Source: the human T2T-CHM13v2.0 reference genome, Homo sapiens
Assembly (NCBI RefSeq): GCF_009914755.1
Contig: NC_060925.1
Reading direction: 5' to 3' (one strand)
Length of the DNA: 64,000 nt
Under the pieces are notes generated by a model, which was given only the letters and a program-made list of their open reading frames with translations, did not search any database and was not told the DNA's origin. Positions within the stretch are counted from its first letter, which is position 1, and the number at the start of each line of letters is the position of its first letter. Positions 1 to 22,421 of this stretch are shown here, piece after piece. Both the position numbers and the translations under genes were made by a program.

Positions 1-449
1 AATCCTGTGAAAATATCATACTTTAATATTTTGTGCATCAATTTAAATTTCATGTATCTTAATGAAATACTACCACTTAATGGCCAGATAGATAAAGAGT
101 ATCCATGTAGGCTATGTATAGTATCACTTTTTTATTATATTTCCTTATAGGTGTGTTACATACATGTATGTAAGAAAACACATAATTTCTCCTTCCTCCA
201 TTTTTTTTTTAAAACAGAAAAGGTGCAAATGCTCTCTTTTATAGAGCCAAATACTCATATCTGGAGAAGTTCCTTTATAGTGCTATTGACATCTGATCTC
301 TTATTGCTCAATGAGACAAAAGCCATGGCCAGCAAACATGAACATCCATAGTTTGTCTCCAAAATGTTCATGATTAAGTTTACACTATTAATTTTCAACC
401 TTTCCAGGGCTATTTTGACATAAACAATAGCAAGTTTTAATGTCTGTAC

Positions 450-603
450 CTTTCAACTGAAGCAGACAGGCTGCAGGAAGCAGTTCTTGTACATTCTCCA
501 CTGTCACATGTACCGTTTCTGTGTACACAAAGTCCAATAAAATTTCCATGGTAGAGGCAGTCAAACCTTGGATGTCAACATAAGGTTTCCCCTTCTCTGA
601 GAG
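450..603 (-). CDS. KLHL12: KLHL12 second coding exon (BTB domain, [10 protein letters not shown]...AACLLQLK), 154 nt; gene continues left of window
   Basis: Acceptor ttttcag at 604-605 and donor AAG|gtacag at 448-449; translation is a Kelch-family BTB domain and is in phase with the 5667-5861 exon. Confidence 0.97.
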
Positions 604-638
604 CTGAAAATTCAAAAGGTATAAAAGAATGATGGTTA

Positions 639-1370
<732 letters not shown>

Positions 1371-1705
1371 AATTTTGTTGGATTTTAATAAAGCAAATAT
1401 GGCACATTATCTGTAGCTTTCCAAATGAAGTAGGTAGTTATCTATACGCCAGGAATAAGTAATAGGTAACACCTTCCTGGAATAGTAATTTTGCCAGTGA
1501 ATAACTTTAAAAATCTATTTCATATTAAAATACAGATGTATTTACAGAATAGAATGCAAAAGTTCCATGAACATAACACTGGTCCGTGAACTTTTAAGAT
1601 AAGACACAATATTTCAAAGAAATTTCATGTTCGTAGAGGAGCCTGTGGGTTATAACTCCAGTCTCTCCAGGACTACCTAGTTCCTATCATCTGTCCTTAG
1701 ACTAC

Positions 1706-2184
<479 letters not shown>

Positions 2185-2983
2185 TAGTAATGACGAAAAA
2201 GAACATGCAGGTCATCCTAAGGGACTTTCTTATGTAACATCATCTGAATACAAATAAATTATTTGTTACTTTTTCAAAATATTGGGTTAGACTAACTGAA
2301 TTGTTAGCAGTATATTTAGTCTAAATTGTTAGTAGTATATCTTCTTGAAGCTATGAGTATTGATGAGGCCAGATAATCATAGAAAACTGTTTAGCTAAGA
2401 GAAGAAATCTTCAATTTTACAGGAAACTATCTGAAAATACCTTATGAAAATTTTACTAGATCTTAATCTTAGTTTAGAAATTCATTTTACTTAAAAAACT
2501 CTGGTGCATCTCCATTATTAACTAAATGGCTTTAACGTTTTTTATTTCTCCATCAGCCAGAGAATAACCAAAAAGCACTCTCTACCAAAGCCAAGAACAA
2601 AATCAATCCCTAACACTAAAAAAGTCACTAGCACATTATTTTGAAAAAACATATTAGGTTTTATTAACATTTAATACAGTACTAATATTCATAAACAATT
2701 ACTATCCCAACACATTAAATGCATTTAATAATTATGGTACTGAAATATGTAAGTACATGTATTCCAGAAATTTCTCATTCAATAAACTACATTTCCATCA
2801 AATAGTTTAAATATGGAAACAATTTCACTATGTAAGAACTTAGAGCAATTATACATTTTACAGTTATATTTTGCTTTAGAATTTTTCAGCATGCTTCTCA
2901 TTTACTACTATTTCATCTGATTCTCACAGCAACCTGGTAAGGTAGTTAGGTCTGATATTATTACTATCTAAGAGATAAAGGGG

Positions 2984-3482
<499 letters not shown>

Positions 3483-5172
3483 GAAGATCCAAGACTTAAC
3501 CAGTCACTTAGCTAGTAAGAGACAGATATCATTCTTATTAAAGTATTTCAGGAAAAAAAAAAGAGAGAGAGAGAGAGACAAAACCCAGGTCCTCCTGCCT
3601 CAGTCTTTGTGATCTTTCAATCAGATGACATTTGAGGAGCATTTCATAGCTGAAGAGAACAAGGAAACCATCTAGTTCAACTACTTTATTTTACAGATCA
3701 ACCCAGCGAAGTTAGATGGTTCCCAGGGTTTATACAGAATTGCTAAGAGAACTAAGCCTAGAATCCAGGTCTCTGGACTCTCTCCTTTAAACAATTACTC
3801 TCAAAAATAAAGACAAAACCATCTAGCATTTCCTTGCCTGATGTCAGTTTTTAAAGAAAGAAATCATCACTGATGAGAAAAAAAGAATTCATTTCCAAAT
3901 AACAAAAGAGTAAAGACACTATTTTCAAGCTGACAAAAAACAGGATGCACAACATATAATTAGCAATCAGCCGTTCTAGTTCATTTCTTGCTCAGCAGCT
4001 GCTGGGTGACACTCTCTTTACCCAGTTAAATTCCAAATGCTTCTGATGATCTTGGGTATATCTCATGGAGAACAGTATAGGACAGGGATCTGCCTTGGTA
4101 TATCACACAAGTTTATTTAAAAATTAGCCTGAATTAGTTGGAATGACCTGTCAGGTTCCTGTTTTCCCTACTAGCCATGTGACTGAGCATTGGCTCATAG
4201 TATTTTTAACTATACCAGTTTTAAAATTAGATTGTAGTATATAAAATTCATACTTCGGAGGCTAAGGCGGCACAAGAGTTACAAACTGTTTGGGCTTTAG
4301 AGTTGGAAAATATAAAATGAAATCCCACCTCTAGCACTTACAAGCCATGGGACTTTGGGCAAGTGATTTAATATCTGAAACCCTATTCCTTCATTTGTAA
4401 AATGAGATGGTAATACCTACCCCTAGGGTGAGTCAGATATGCACAACAATTACTAGCACAGTACCTGGCCCATAAAAGGTAGTTACTACCATCACAGAAT
4501 ACGCCTCTCCCATTCTGATTCAGCAGCAATATCTACACTAAGACGATAGAACTAACTAAAAAAAAAACAAAAAACAAACAAACAAAAAACTTGTGCTTAA
4601 AAAGACTTTTAAAACAGTGTTTTCATAATGAAATATTTCAGGCATACATGTAAGTGTAAATTATATAATAAACAGTGATGCACCCACAACTGAGCTTTGA
4701 AAAAATAAATCAAGATAATTTATTTAAATCTGCTCTTAAAATGAGACTTGGGATCTTGAAAAACAAAGATTTGCAATGTTATTTTCTGTTCAGCTTTCTA
4801 AGAATATTCAACACAATATATTCAGCAGCCTTACTATACATTTCAAGTATTTTGTCAGGCAATTACTAAGTAGTGTTTCTTAATACTTTGTGAGCACTAC
4901 CTGTATTCTCTCAAGCCAACCTTTTCCTAATTCCCTTTGTTAAGTGCTTATGAGTTAACATCCTTTCTCAGGTTATACACTCAACGCCTGTACAGCTATT
5001 CATTAAAAACTCTTCTTCCTTTCATTTGAAGTTATCCTAAAATTTACACTGATTTTCTTCACATATTGTTAGGAGGAGTGGGATGTGGTTTGAATCCTAC
5101 TCCTCTCTCCTTCCTTCCTCCTTATCCCTCTGGTATTCACTTAAAAATTTTTAAACTTTAGAAGGAAAAAAG

Positions 5173-5320
5173 GCTGGATGCCGTGGCTCACACCTGTAAT
5201 GCCAGGTGTGGCCACTCTGGGAGGCCAAGGCAGGAGGATTGCTTGAGCCCAGGAGTTCAAGACCAGCGTGGGCAACATAGTGAGACCCTGTCTCTACAAA
5301 TAAATAAATAAAATTAAAAA
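5173..5320 (+). mobile_element. Alu monomer (FLAM-like)
   Basis: Single monomer ending in a (TAAA)n tail. Confidence 0.8.
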
Positions 5321-5666
5321 CAAAAAAAGGAGAAAAATTGGAAGACAAATTTAAGAAATAGTAAAATCCAATAGCTGACATGTGTGTTTTACTACATATT
5401 ACACTATTCTAAGCACTTCCTATGTTATTTCATAAAATAATCTTCACAACAACCTTAATAACCATGTGTTACATATTACTATTATCCCTAATTTAAAGAT
5501 GAGGAAACTAAGGCATAGTCATCTAAGTGGTAGATCTTATCCAGAATCTGCCAAAACATCACTGTAAAAATTCAAAATTATATCAAACTTCCACTATTTT
5601 ATTCAGTGAAATTAGACAACTAGAGTTCCACGGGTTTCATTTGTGTGGGGCTAATTTACCACTTAC

Positions 5667-5861
5667 CTCACTAGTGAACATGGCACAGAAGTAATCACTA
5701 CAGGCAGCCAGCACAATCCGATGGGCAGGGAAGTCTTTCTGCTCTACTCTCAATGTCACATCACAGAGGGTATTGCTCTTCCTGAGGGAGTTCATTGAAT
5801 TGAGGATGGATTTAGCATGAGTATTTGTCATTATGTCTTTGGGGGCCATAATGCCTCCCAT
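5667..5861 (-). CDS. KLHL12: KLHL12 first coding part of exon 2 ([10 protein letters not shown]...CAMFTSE, 65 codons); exon spans 5667-5906
   Basis: ATG at 5861-5859; BTB motifs CDVTL and [15 protein letters not shown]; donor GAG|gtaagt at 5666; acceptor ctcttgtag at 5907-5908. Confidence 0.97.
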
Positions 5862-6522
5862 AAAGCAGTGCGGAGAAAGAACAAAATGGGTCCTTGGATT
5901 CTGCAACTACAAGAGGGAAAAAAAAACAATGAGCATATTCAAAGAACTAGGGCAACTGAACATATTTAATTAGCTTTACAAATTAAGAACCTAAGAGGCT
6001 TCCTCAGACCCAAACATACACAAGTTGAGGGCACTCCTATGCCTGGCATCACCACCAACCACTAGCCACTATCTAGTCCATGTAAAAGCTCTCTCTTCTT
6101 CCTCTGAATTCCTCTATCACGGAGTGTCCCTACCACTTGACATTTAATATGATCAATGCTGAAATGTAAGTAGAGATAAACAATATATGTCTTGTAAATC
6201 TTGACAAGGTTCTTGTCTCAAATGATAAACCGAAAATATAAAATTTCTTAAAGGTGTTATATTATTACTATTTAATGTCCTTAAGTAGATAAGTATTTAG
6301 AGCATACATATAAAGAGGATCCTGCTTTATATGTATGCTTTCTATCCTAGAAGTTGCACAATAAATGTTTAGAATTTAATGTAAGAAAAAGTGTGTATTC
6401 AACTTCAACTTAGAGCAAGAAAGGCCACTCAGTAAAAATAAACTTTTTTCTAAAGAAGTATCCAAATGATATGTCTGATGACTTCCAAACATATCTGGAT
6501 TTCTTCTTAAAATGAAACTTCA

Positions 6523-6847
<325 letters not shown>

Positions 6848-7549
6848 CTACACTGAATAATGGAAACCACGCAAGTTATCGATGGACTTACACTTGCTTA
6901 AGATATTGAAGCTCTTCAACAAGAGGGTATTCCTACTCTACATCTGTGAATGTCCATTACTGTTAAAGAATCGATATTGGAATCCAAAACTTTCTGAAAT
7001 GATCCGGGGGGAAGGAAATCAAACTGTGGTCTCCAAAAGTCCACAAGTCACAATTAATCTTTCAACAGGAAAAATGAGATCCTAAATTCTCATCTACTTC
7101 TGTTTGTAGTTGGCATTTTACTCTATAAGCACTATAGATAATTCCTCCAACAACTCTGCAAGACCCATTTTACAGAAAAGCGGGTGATTCATCAAAGCAT
7201 ATGTTTTTCAAAAAGACTTAAGTCAACTTAGTTGCAACTCTAGGGGTGTAAAAAGGTCTAGAACAAATGTCCATTTACTATGAAGACAGCCCGGGGGGTC
7301 TTTTATCGTTTCCGTGTCAAAATGACAGTACCCCGGTGCAGAGTGGTCTTCCTTCTAGGGGATTCCTGCCTCAACACTCCAAGTCTCAGCATATCCTTCA
7401 TCCTCACCCTTCTGAAGTGACCTATTTTCTAGAACTTTCGTTAACATCTGAATGGAGGGATTCCACTTCGGGAGATTCGGGGCAGGGAATGGGTAGTAAA
7501 CTCGGGAAAGACTAAATTCTAGAGAAGGAAACGAAGTCCTTCCTCCTAA

Positions 7550-8093
7550 TACCACCAGGCATATGGCCGCCACCGCCAGGTGGAGGTATCGGAGAGGGGC
7601 AGTTCAGGGGGAGAGTTGAGAGGGTGACCGAGGCCAGATGCCCCACCCCACTGCCAGCCTTCCTCCTCTGTTGGGCATGTCTCCCATTCCGCCTTGCAGG
7701 GAGACCAAGGATCGGGGGTAGGGCCATAACCCGGAGTTGACGGACAGGAAGGGAAGGGCTGACTGCCATCACTTCCGCGCAACTCACCTCCGCTCCCGAA
7801 CCCACACAGCCGCACCGGGCCCGTCCCCAGCCTGTGGGGATGGAGTGCGGCGCGGGGCTAGCAGGCGGCTCGGGAGGAGCCGAAGCGCCGCCCAGACCCG
7901 GAGGCTCTGGAGGCTCTGGAGCCGTCCGGGTCTGGCCCCTGCGGCCGCGCGACGTGATGACGCAATGCAGCTGGAGCACCGCCCTCCCCCCCGCTCCAGA
8001 GTCTGCGTCACGTGAGGAGGTGGTGTCACGTGACCTGTCTGTACCCTAGCGCGGGGCTTCTGTACGCTGCTAGGAAGCCGAATTACAAAAAGG

Positions 8094-8095
<2 letters not shown>
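7550..8095. promoter_or_regulatory. KLHL12 CpG-island promoter with E-box/CLEAR and CRE-like motifs
   Basis: High CpG density; GTCACGTGAC at 8025-8034, TGCGTCACGTGA at 8004-8015, TGACGCAAT at 7958-7966. Confidence 0.85.
7788..7950 (-). other. KLHL12: KLHL12 GC-rich non-coding first exon (5' end approximate)
   Basis: Consensus donor GAG|gtgagt at 7787-7782 inside a CpG island; TSS cannot be fixed from sequence. Confidence 0.8.
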
Positions 8096-9112
<1,017 letters not shown>

Positions 9113-9187
9113 TCACTAGGCAGGGCAGGCAGAGAGAATTCCAACGCTTAATATGCCAAGCATCTGATTGCAGCAAGTATGTTTTAC

Positions 9188-9256
9188 CTTCCAGGTACTG
9201 AGGAACTTTTTGACATCGAGAAAACCCACAGAGGCCTCAAATTTATTCACGTCCAT
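9188..9256 (-). CDS. KLHL12: Putative upstream alternative coding first exon of KLHL12 (MDVNKFEASVGFLDVKKFLSTWK), adds 38 aa
   Basis: ATG in strong Kozak context (ACAATGG); 23 codons ending AAG|gtaaaa in phase 0; joins the stop-free 15-codon leader of exon 2 in frame. Confidence 0.7.
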
Positions 9257-9460
9257 TGTCCACAATGGCCTTTTCGGGCCGAACAACGCTGCGGCGAGAA
9301 TCCTCTGAGCCTTAGGATCCACAGACCTCAGTATATACTCTGCATCATAATGGGCCCTGTCATCACCACTGAATTGATTCTAAGGAAATTCTAATTGATT
9401 CAGGAAATTCTAATTTATTTTGGTGCACTTAGTGACTGAAAAGGCAAAAAGCTTAATTAG

Positions 9461-9883
<423 letters not shown>

Positions 9884-10570
9884 TAAATTTACAACGTGTC
9901 CCCATCTTCCATGTCATACCTTCCTGATCTAAAACTGTCCCTGACTCACACATTGTAGAGAAGAATGCAAGATTGGTATATTATTGGGGGCATTTTGGAA
10001 ATATTCGTCGATTTTAATAAAATTTTCCTTCACATATACTCGTGCACATGTAAAACGATGTATGTACAAGATTGTTAACTGCAGCATTGTTTGTAGATTA
10101 GATCAACAACAACATTAAATGTCCATTAATAGGGGACTGATTCAATAAGGTATAGTACATCCATAAAATCCAATACCATGAAGCTGTGAACAATTTATAT
10201 ACTCTATTATTGGTGTAAAAAGGTGGAAGATATATTCATATTTGCTTGTGTATGTGTAACATGTATTTGAAAAGACAAAGTGGTAACCTTGGTTTCTTTG
10301 GGGAAAGGAACTGTTTGGTTGTGAGACAGGGTGGGAAGGAGATTTTTGCTCTTTGTAATTTATTTTGCCTTTTGAATTTTGCTTCATATGAATTAAAAAT
10401 AATGTTCAGAGCCTGGTGCGGTGGTGTACACCTACCTGTTGTCCTATCTGCTTTGGAGACTGAAGCAGGAAGATTGCTTGAGCCCCGAAGTTCGTGACCA
10501 GCCTGGGCAACGTAGCAAGAGCACGCCTCAAAATATATTTATATGTTCAATTTTTTAAAAAGTAAAAATA

Positions 10571-10880
<310 letters not shown>

Positions 10881-11127
10881 ATAAAAAGTAAAAATAATTC
10901 CTTGTTTTCAGGATGTAAAATAGTACTTTAATGATATTGCATAATTCCTGACTGTTAAATTAAGGATTTTTCCAAATATGAGAAGGAACTTAATAATAAA
11001 AGAGGCTTTGTTTAGAGTATGCCTACTCCTTTTATTCACAAAATAAAAGATGGAGAAGTTGTTAGCAAGATTATCACACCAAAGGAACTAGTTCAGACTT
11101 CTGACTTTTTTCTTCTTTTATTTCCTC

Positions 11128-15900
<4,773 letters not shown>

Positions 15901-16087
15901 CCTTTACATATAAGCATTTCCCCTAATAAAATCTTTGCACATATAATTTCATCTTAGCAAGTGCTTTCCTGAGAACTAGACTAACACACAGGACATCTGA
16001 GAATTTCTTTGGGTCCTATTCATTTGCAATAATCCAAGTTTACTAAAGTTCCCAAAGTTGCATTTTTTAAAAATTGAAAATGGGTGT

Positions 16088-16929
<842 letters not shown>

Positions 16930-17000
16930 GATGGCTTATAGAACACACACACAGACACACACACACACCCCAAATTTAAAAAAAAATAGGAAAATATATA

Positions 17001-17915
17001 TTTTTAAATTTTATTATTATTATACTTTAAGTTTTAGGGTACATGTGCACAATGTGCAGGTTTGTTACATATGTGTACATGTGCCATGTTGGTGTGCTGT
17101 ACCCATTAACTCGTCATTTAGCATTAGGCATATCTCCTAATGCTATCCCTCCCCCCTCCCCCCATCCCACAACAGTCCCCGAAGTGTGATGTTCCCCTTC
17201 CTGTGTCCATGTGTTCTCATTGTTCAATTCCCACCTATGAGTGAGAACATGCGGTGTTTGATTTTTTGTCCTTGCGATAGTTTGCTGAGAATGATGGTTT
17301 CCAGTTTCATCCACGTCCCTACAAAGGACATGAACTCATCATTTTTTATGGCTGCATAGTATTCCATGGTGTATATGTGCCACATTTTCTTAATCCAGTC
17401 TATCATTGTTGGACATTTGGGTTGGTTCCAAGTCTTTGCTATTGTGAATAGTGCCGCAATGAACATACGTGTGCATGTGTCTTTATAGCAGCATGATTTA
17501 TAATCCTTTGGGTATATACCTAGTAATGGGATGGCTGGGTCAAATGGTATTTCTAGTTCTAGATCCCTGAGGAATCGTCACACTGACTTCCACAATGGTT
17601 GAACTAGTTTACAGTCCCACCAACAGTGTAAAAGTGTTCCAATTTCTCCACATCCTCTCCAGCACCTGTTGTTTCCTGACTTTTTAATGATCGCCATTCT
17701 AACTGGTGTGAGATGGTATCTCATTGTGGTTTTGATTTGCATTTCTCTGATGGCCAGTGATGGTGAGCATTTTTTCATGTGTTTTTTGGCTGCATAAATG
17801 TCTTCTTTTGAGAAGTGTCTGTTCATATCCTTCGCCCACTTTTTGATGGGGTTGTTTGTTTTTTTCTTGTAAATTCATTTGAGTTCGTTGTAGATTCTGG
17901 ATATTAGCCCTTTGT
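17001..17915 (-). mobile_element. 5'-truncated young L1PA (~0.9 kb; 3' UTR and ORF2 C-terminus)
   Basis: tatactttaagttttagggtacatgtgcac 3' end; near-intact ORF2 peptides; TSD GAAAATAT at 16990-16997 and 17916-17923. Confidence 0.95.
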
Positions 17916-18541
17916 GAAAATATTTTTTTAAAAGAAAATGGATGGCTTATAGAGATAAGTTAGGCTCTCCCCTATTTTTTGATTTACTGATAGGAAAAGG
18001 GGTAAAATCAGATTCTTAGCTTTTATGCTTTGCCTTTCTTTAATCCAAGCTCATCAGTGTTTTTGTCATTTGTTCTGTAATGCCTAGCACATAACAGGTC
18101 TTCAAGTATTTAGAAAGTAAGTGAATGAACCAGAAGTATGCAATTAGAGAAAGAAGGTAATAGTTACTTGCTGCTAGTTAGCAGTTCTGACAAAAGCAAG
18201 GGAAGATATTGAAAACATGAGCAAAAGGAATTTTTAAGTGATCTGAGTCTTTAGAACACGAGCTTTAAATGAGAATGACCTGGATTCAGATACTGGCTCC
18301 AAACCTGTCCATCACCTTAGGAAAAATTATTAGTTTCCTGGAGGGATCTGAATTTGCAGCCACTAGTATTGAACTGGAAGGAAACCTAGAGATCACACCT
18401 GATGTAACTCCATCCATTTTCTAGATGAGGCAATAAGCAGATTCATAGCAGCTGAAATCCAGTGTGGTCCTCAAATCTGTTAGGTGCTAGGCACTATGGA
18501 ATAAGTAAATGACAAACACTGATGAACTGTGATTAAAGAAA

Positions 18542-18852
<311 letters not shown>

Positions 18853-20658
18853 CTATTAGTGAATGAAGAACTAGGGGAAAGACTAACTTATTTTCTAACT
18901 ACATTTACTATGTATTCCACAGAGTCAACGATATAAAATGACATACCAAAAGTACCAAATAGGTGCCCAATAATGTTATCTCTTAGATCATCTTTCCCTG
19001 ATCTTGTCTAGTACGGAGAAATGAAGAAACACACATTAGGTTGTTTTTTATTTTATTTTATTTTTTTAAGAGATAGGCTCTTGCTCTGTCACCCAGACTG
19101 GAGTGCAGTGGTGTGATCATAGCTCACTGCAGCCTCCAACTCCTGGACTCAAGCAATCCTCCCCCACACACTAGGCCTTCTCAACAGCTGTGGATCTCAT
19201 TTCCTTATCTAGAAAATGGAGTTGGATCAGATATGATCCCTAGGTTTCCTTCCATTTCTTATACTAGCGGCTGCAAACCGAGATGCCTGCAGAGGCCAGC
19301 AGATGACTGCACTGAGACCGTCACCCTAGGTAGGGACCATGATGAACTGGAGTGCACCAGCCTTCTATAAAGGACATACATAGCTGCTTTTGAGTAGCAG
19401 TTGATTGCTCTCACTGTGCAAGGCCAAACATGTCTACGGATGTTTTTGATGTACAGGTCATCAGTTTGTGACTTCTGCCAACAGTTCCTTAAGCATTTTT
19501 TAAGACTTAAAATGGTTTTGGATTAAACATATAAAACACTCATTGCATAAAGGCAGTGAGTATCACATGATCTTAGGCAAAAGGATCACGTAGGTGCTCA
19601 CCACCTAACTTAAAATAACAAACTTTAAAGATTCTTAGTCCTTCAGAGGTAAACATTATTCTAAATTAACATTCCCTCTTTAAAGTTTTTACCATGTTTG
19701 TATCCTTAAACCTATCATTAATTTAGCAATTTTCTTAATTTTACATACATGCAATTATGCAAATGTATTCTGTTGCTTCCCTCCCTTCCTGCCGATCTTA
19801 TTTCTGAGGCTCAACCATGTTGTTGCTTGTCACTGTAATTCATTTTCACCAGCAGTGTTTCGTTATATGAATACACCAAGATATAGTTTTCCATTCAACA
19901 GTTTGGGACATTTGGCTTGTTTGCAACATTTTGCTACTACAAACAGCTGCAATGAACCCTTTGGTACAAGCCAGGTTTTTCCAAGAGCGGTGTGTTTGAA
20001 AGCGTGAGTAGCGACCCATTACTGAGTCATGAGAACAATTTAGTGGGTCAGCCAGCACTGTTTTTAAGTGAAGTAACCTAGGTTAGATATCAGATGCATT
20101 TCATATTGTATAGTGTCATTTCACAAAATGTTTGAATGTTGTCAACATGTATACACTCTTTGTGTGTCCATGTAAAGTGGTCCTGCAATGTATACTTCCA
20201 CCAGCAGCATCTGGTCTGCTCTACATCTGCACCAACACTCAATATTAGGCTTCTAATTTGGTTTCAGTCTGGTTGGAGTAAGACAGATTATCATTTTGGT
20301 TTTAATTTACATTTCCTTGGTTACTTGAGGCAGAGAAACTTTTCCTGTTGGTGTAGGTGGATTATTTTTTTAAAAGGATAATTTGTTCTTCCATTGTAGA
20401 AACTTGACTCTTGACATGAACCCAACTTTAACTCAAAAAGACTGCCCTTAAACTGCCTGCATTAGCTGAGAAGTGATTACTGATATCTTGCGCTATATAA
20501 TGAACAGAACTCATGTCAGGTTGAGTACAATTCACAATAGCACCGAAAAGCATGGAATGACCCCTGGATGAGACAACCTTAGGCAACATGGGATATATCC
20601 CTAAACTTTGGGATGTATTCCAACACTTTTGATAATCTTCTAATTATTATTACTATAC

Positions 20659-21242
<584 letters not shown>

Positions 21243-21581
21243 TAATTATTGAATACTACTATAGCATACTGATTTCTCTAACAAGATGGTCTGTTCTTTT
21301 CAAATGGCTCTATGAAAAAAAAAAATTTTAAAATGTAAAAAGATAATCCATGCAACAATTACATAAAAAAGTAAAGCTGTATTGGGGAATGGATGCTAGG
21401 AATTCAATTAGGTCCATTTATTGGCCTGCATGTGCCAGCCTGTCAATGCCTATGATTCAAATTTGTGCCTCAGGAGAATCTGAAATTATCACAGGTCTTA
21501 CTTAATGTTTTGGAGTTGTGTGCAAATAATCAAGACCATACATGTGAAATCTTTGAATGCCAAGTGTCTTCTGTACTTTCT

Positions 21582-21587
21582 TTTATT
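21582..21587 (-). terminator. ADIPOR1: ADIPOR1 polyadenylation signal AATAAA (probable main site)
   Basis: TTTATT on plus strand ~700 nt after the stop; other AATAAA at 21783-21788 and 21417-21422. Confidence 0.7.
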
Positions 21588-22292
21588 AACATCATAGTCT
21601 TTGCATCAAGATACATAGCAATGATAGCAGGTTTCTTTTTAAAGCTTAGTATTAAATATTAAATATCTTTCCCCATTTAAATTTTACATTACTCTGCCAA
21701 GAAAAAAAAAAAATTAAAACTCAAGTTACTTGAAGCCTGGACACACTTCCATGATTAGCCGGGCTAGGTAAAAGTTGGTGGCTTTATTCTTCCTGCTCTA
21801 TAAGCAGATCCAGGCCCTAGAAAGATGGGACCAGGGTATATAATTGTTTTTGAAAAGTGTGCTACAAAAATGGATGGCCTGTTATAAGCCAGGATACAAA
21901 GTTAAGGATGGGGGTAAGGGAGGGACATTTTCTTCCAGAAGAAAAGACAGAATTTCTGAAGAGTCCCAGTCCATAATTTTCCCAAAATGGTTGGAGGAGA
22001 GGGTAAAATCTCAACATGAGTTTCAAAGTACTGTCTCTGTGAGGGGCCGGTAGATGCCTTGCTGAGGAGGGGATGGCTAAGTTTGACCATGCCCCATCCC
22101 CAGCTAGGAGAATGGAAATGGAAAGTTTATTGCCCAGTGGGTGTGAAAGTGGGCTGAAGCTTGGTTGGTACTGAATTCTCTAAGAGGTTTCTTCTAGAAA
22201 CAGACAACTCAGACTCTTCCTCTCACTTCAGCAAAGAAGTTATTTTTAAAAGCACTTGGGAAGTTCCTCCTCCACCCCGCAGGTGGGAAGGC

Positions 22293-22421
22293 TCAGAGAA
22301 GGGTGTCATCAGTACAGCCGCCTTCTAGGCCGTAACGGAATTCCTGAAGGTTGGAGACTCCATAGAAGTGGACAAAGGCTGCTGCCACCACCAGGACATG
22401 GAAAATCTGATGAGACTGGAA
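22293..22421 (-). CDS. ADIPOR1: ADIPOR1 exon 8 coding part (FQSHQIFH...CTDDTLL*)
   Basis: Acceptor cctacag at 22422-22423; TGA at 22295-22293; PAQR HxxxH zinc motif. Confidence 0.97.
   Translation of the reverse strand, partial: FQSHQIFHVLVVAAAFVHFYGVSNLQEFRYGLEGGCTDDTLL

Noticed and set aside
7120-7410. Possible alternative KLHL12 coding first exons within intron 1 (MNHPLFC..., MKDMLRL...)
   Set aside because: Nearest GT donors are weak and out of phase with exon 2
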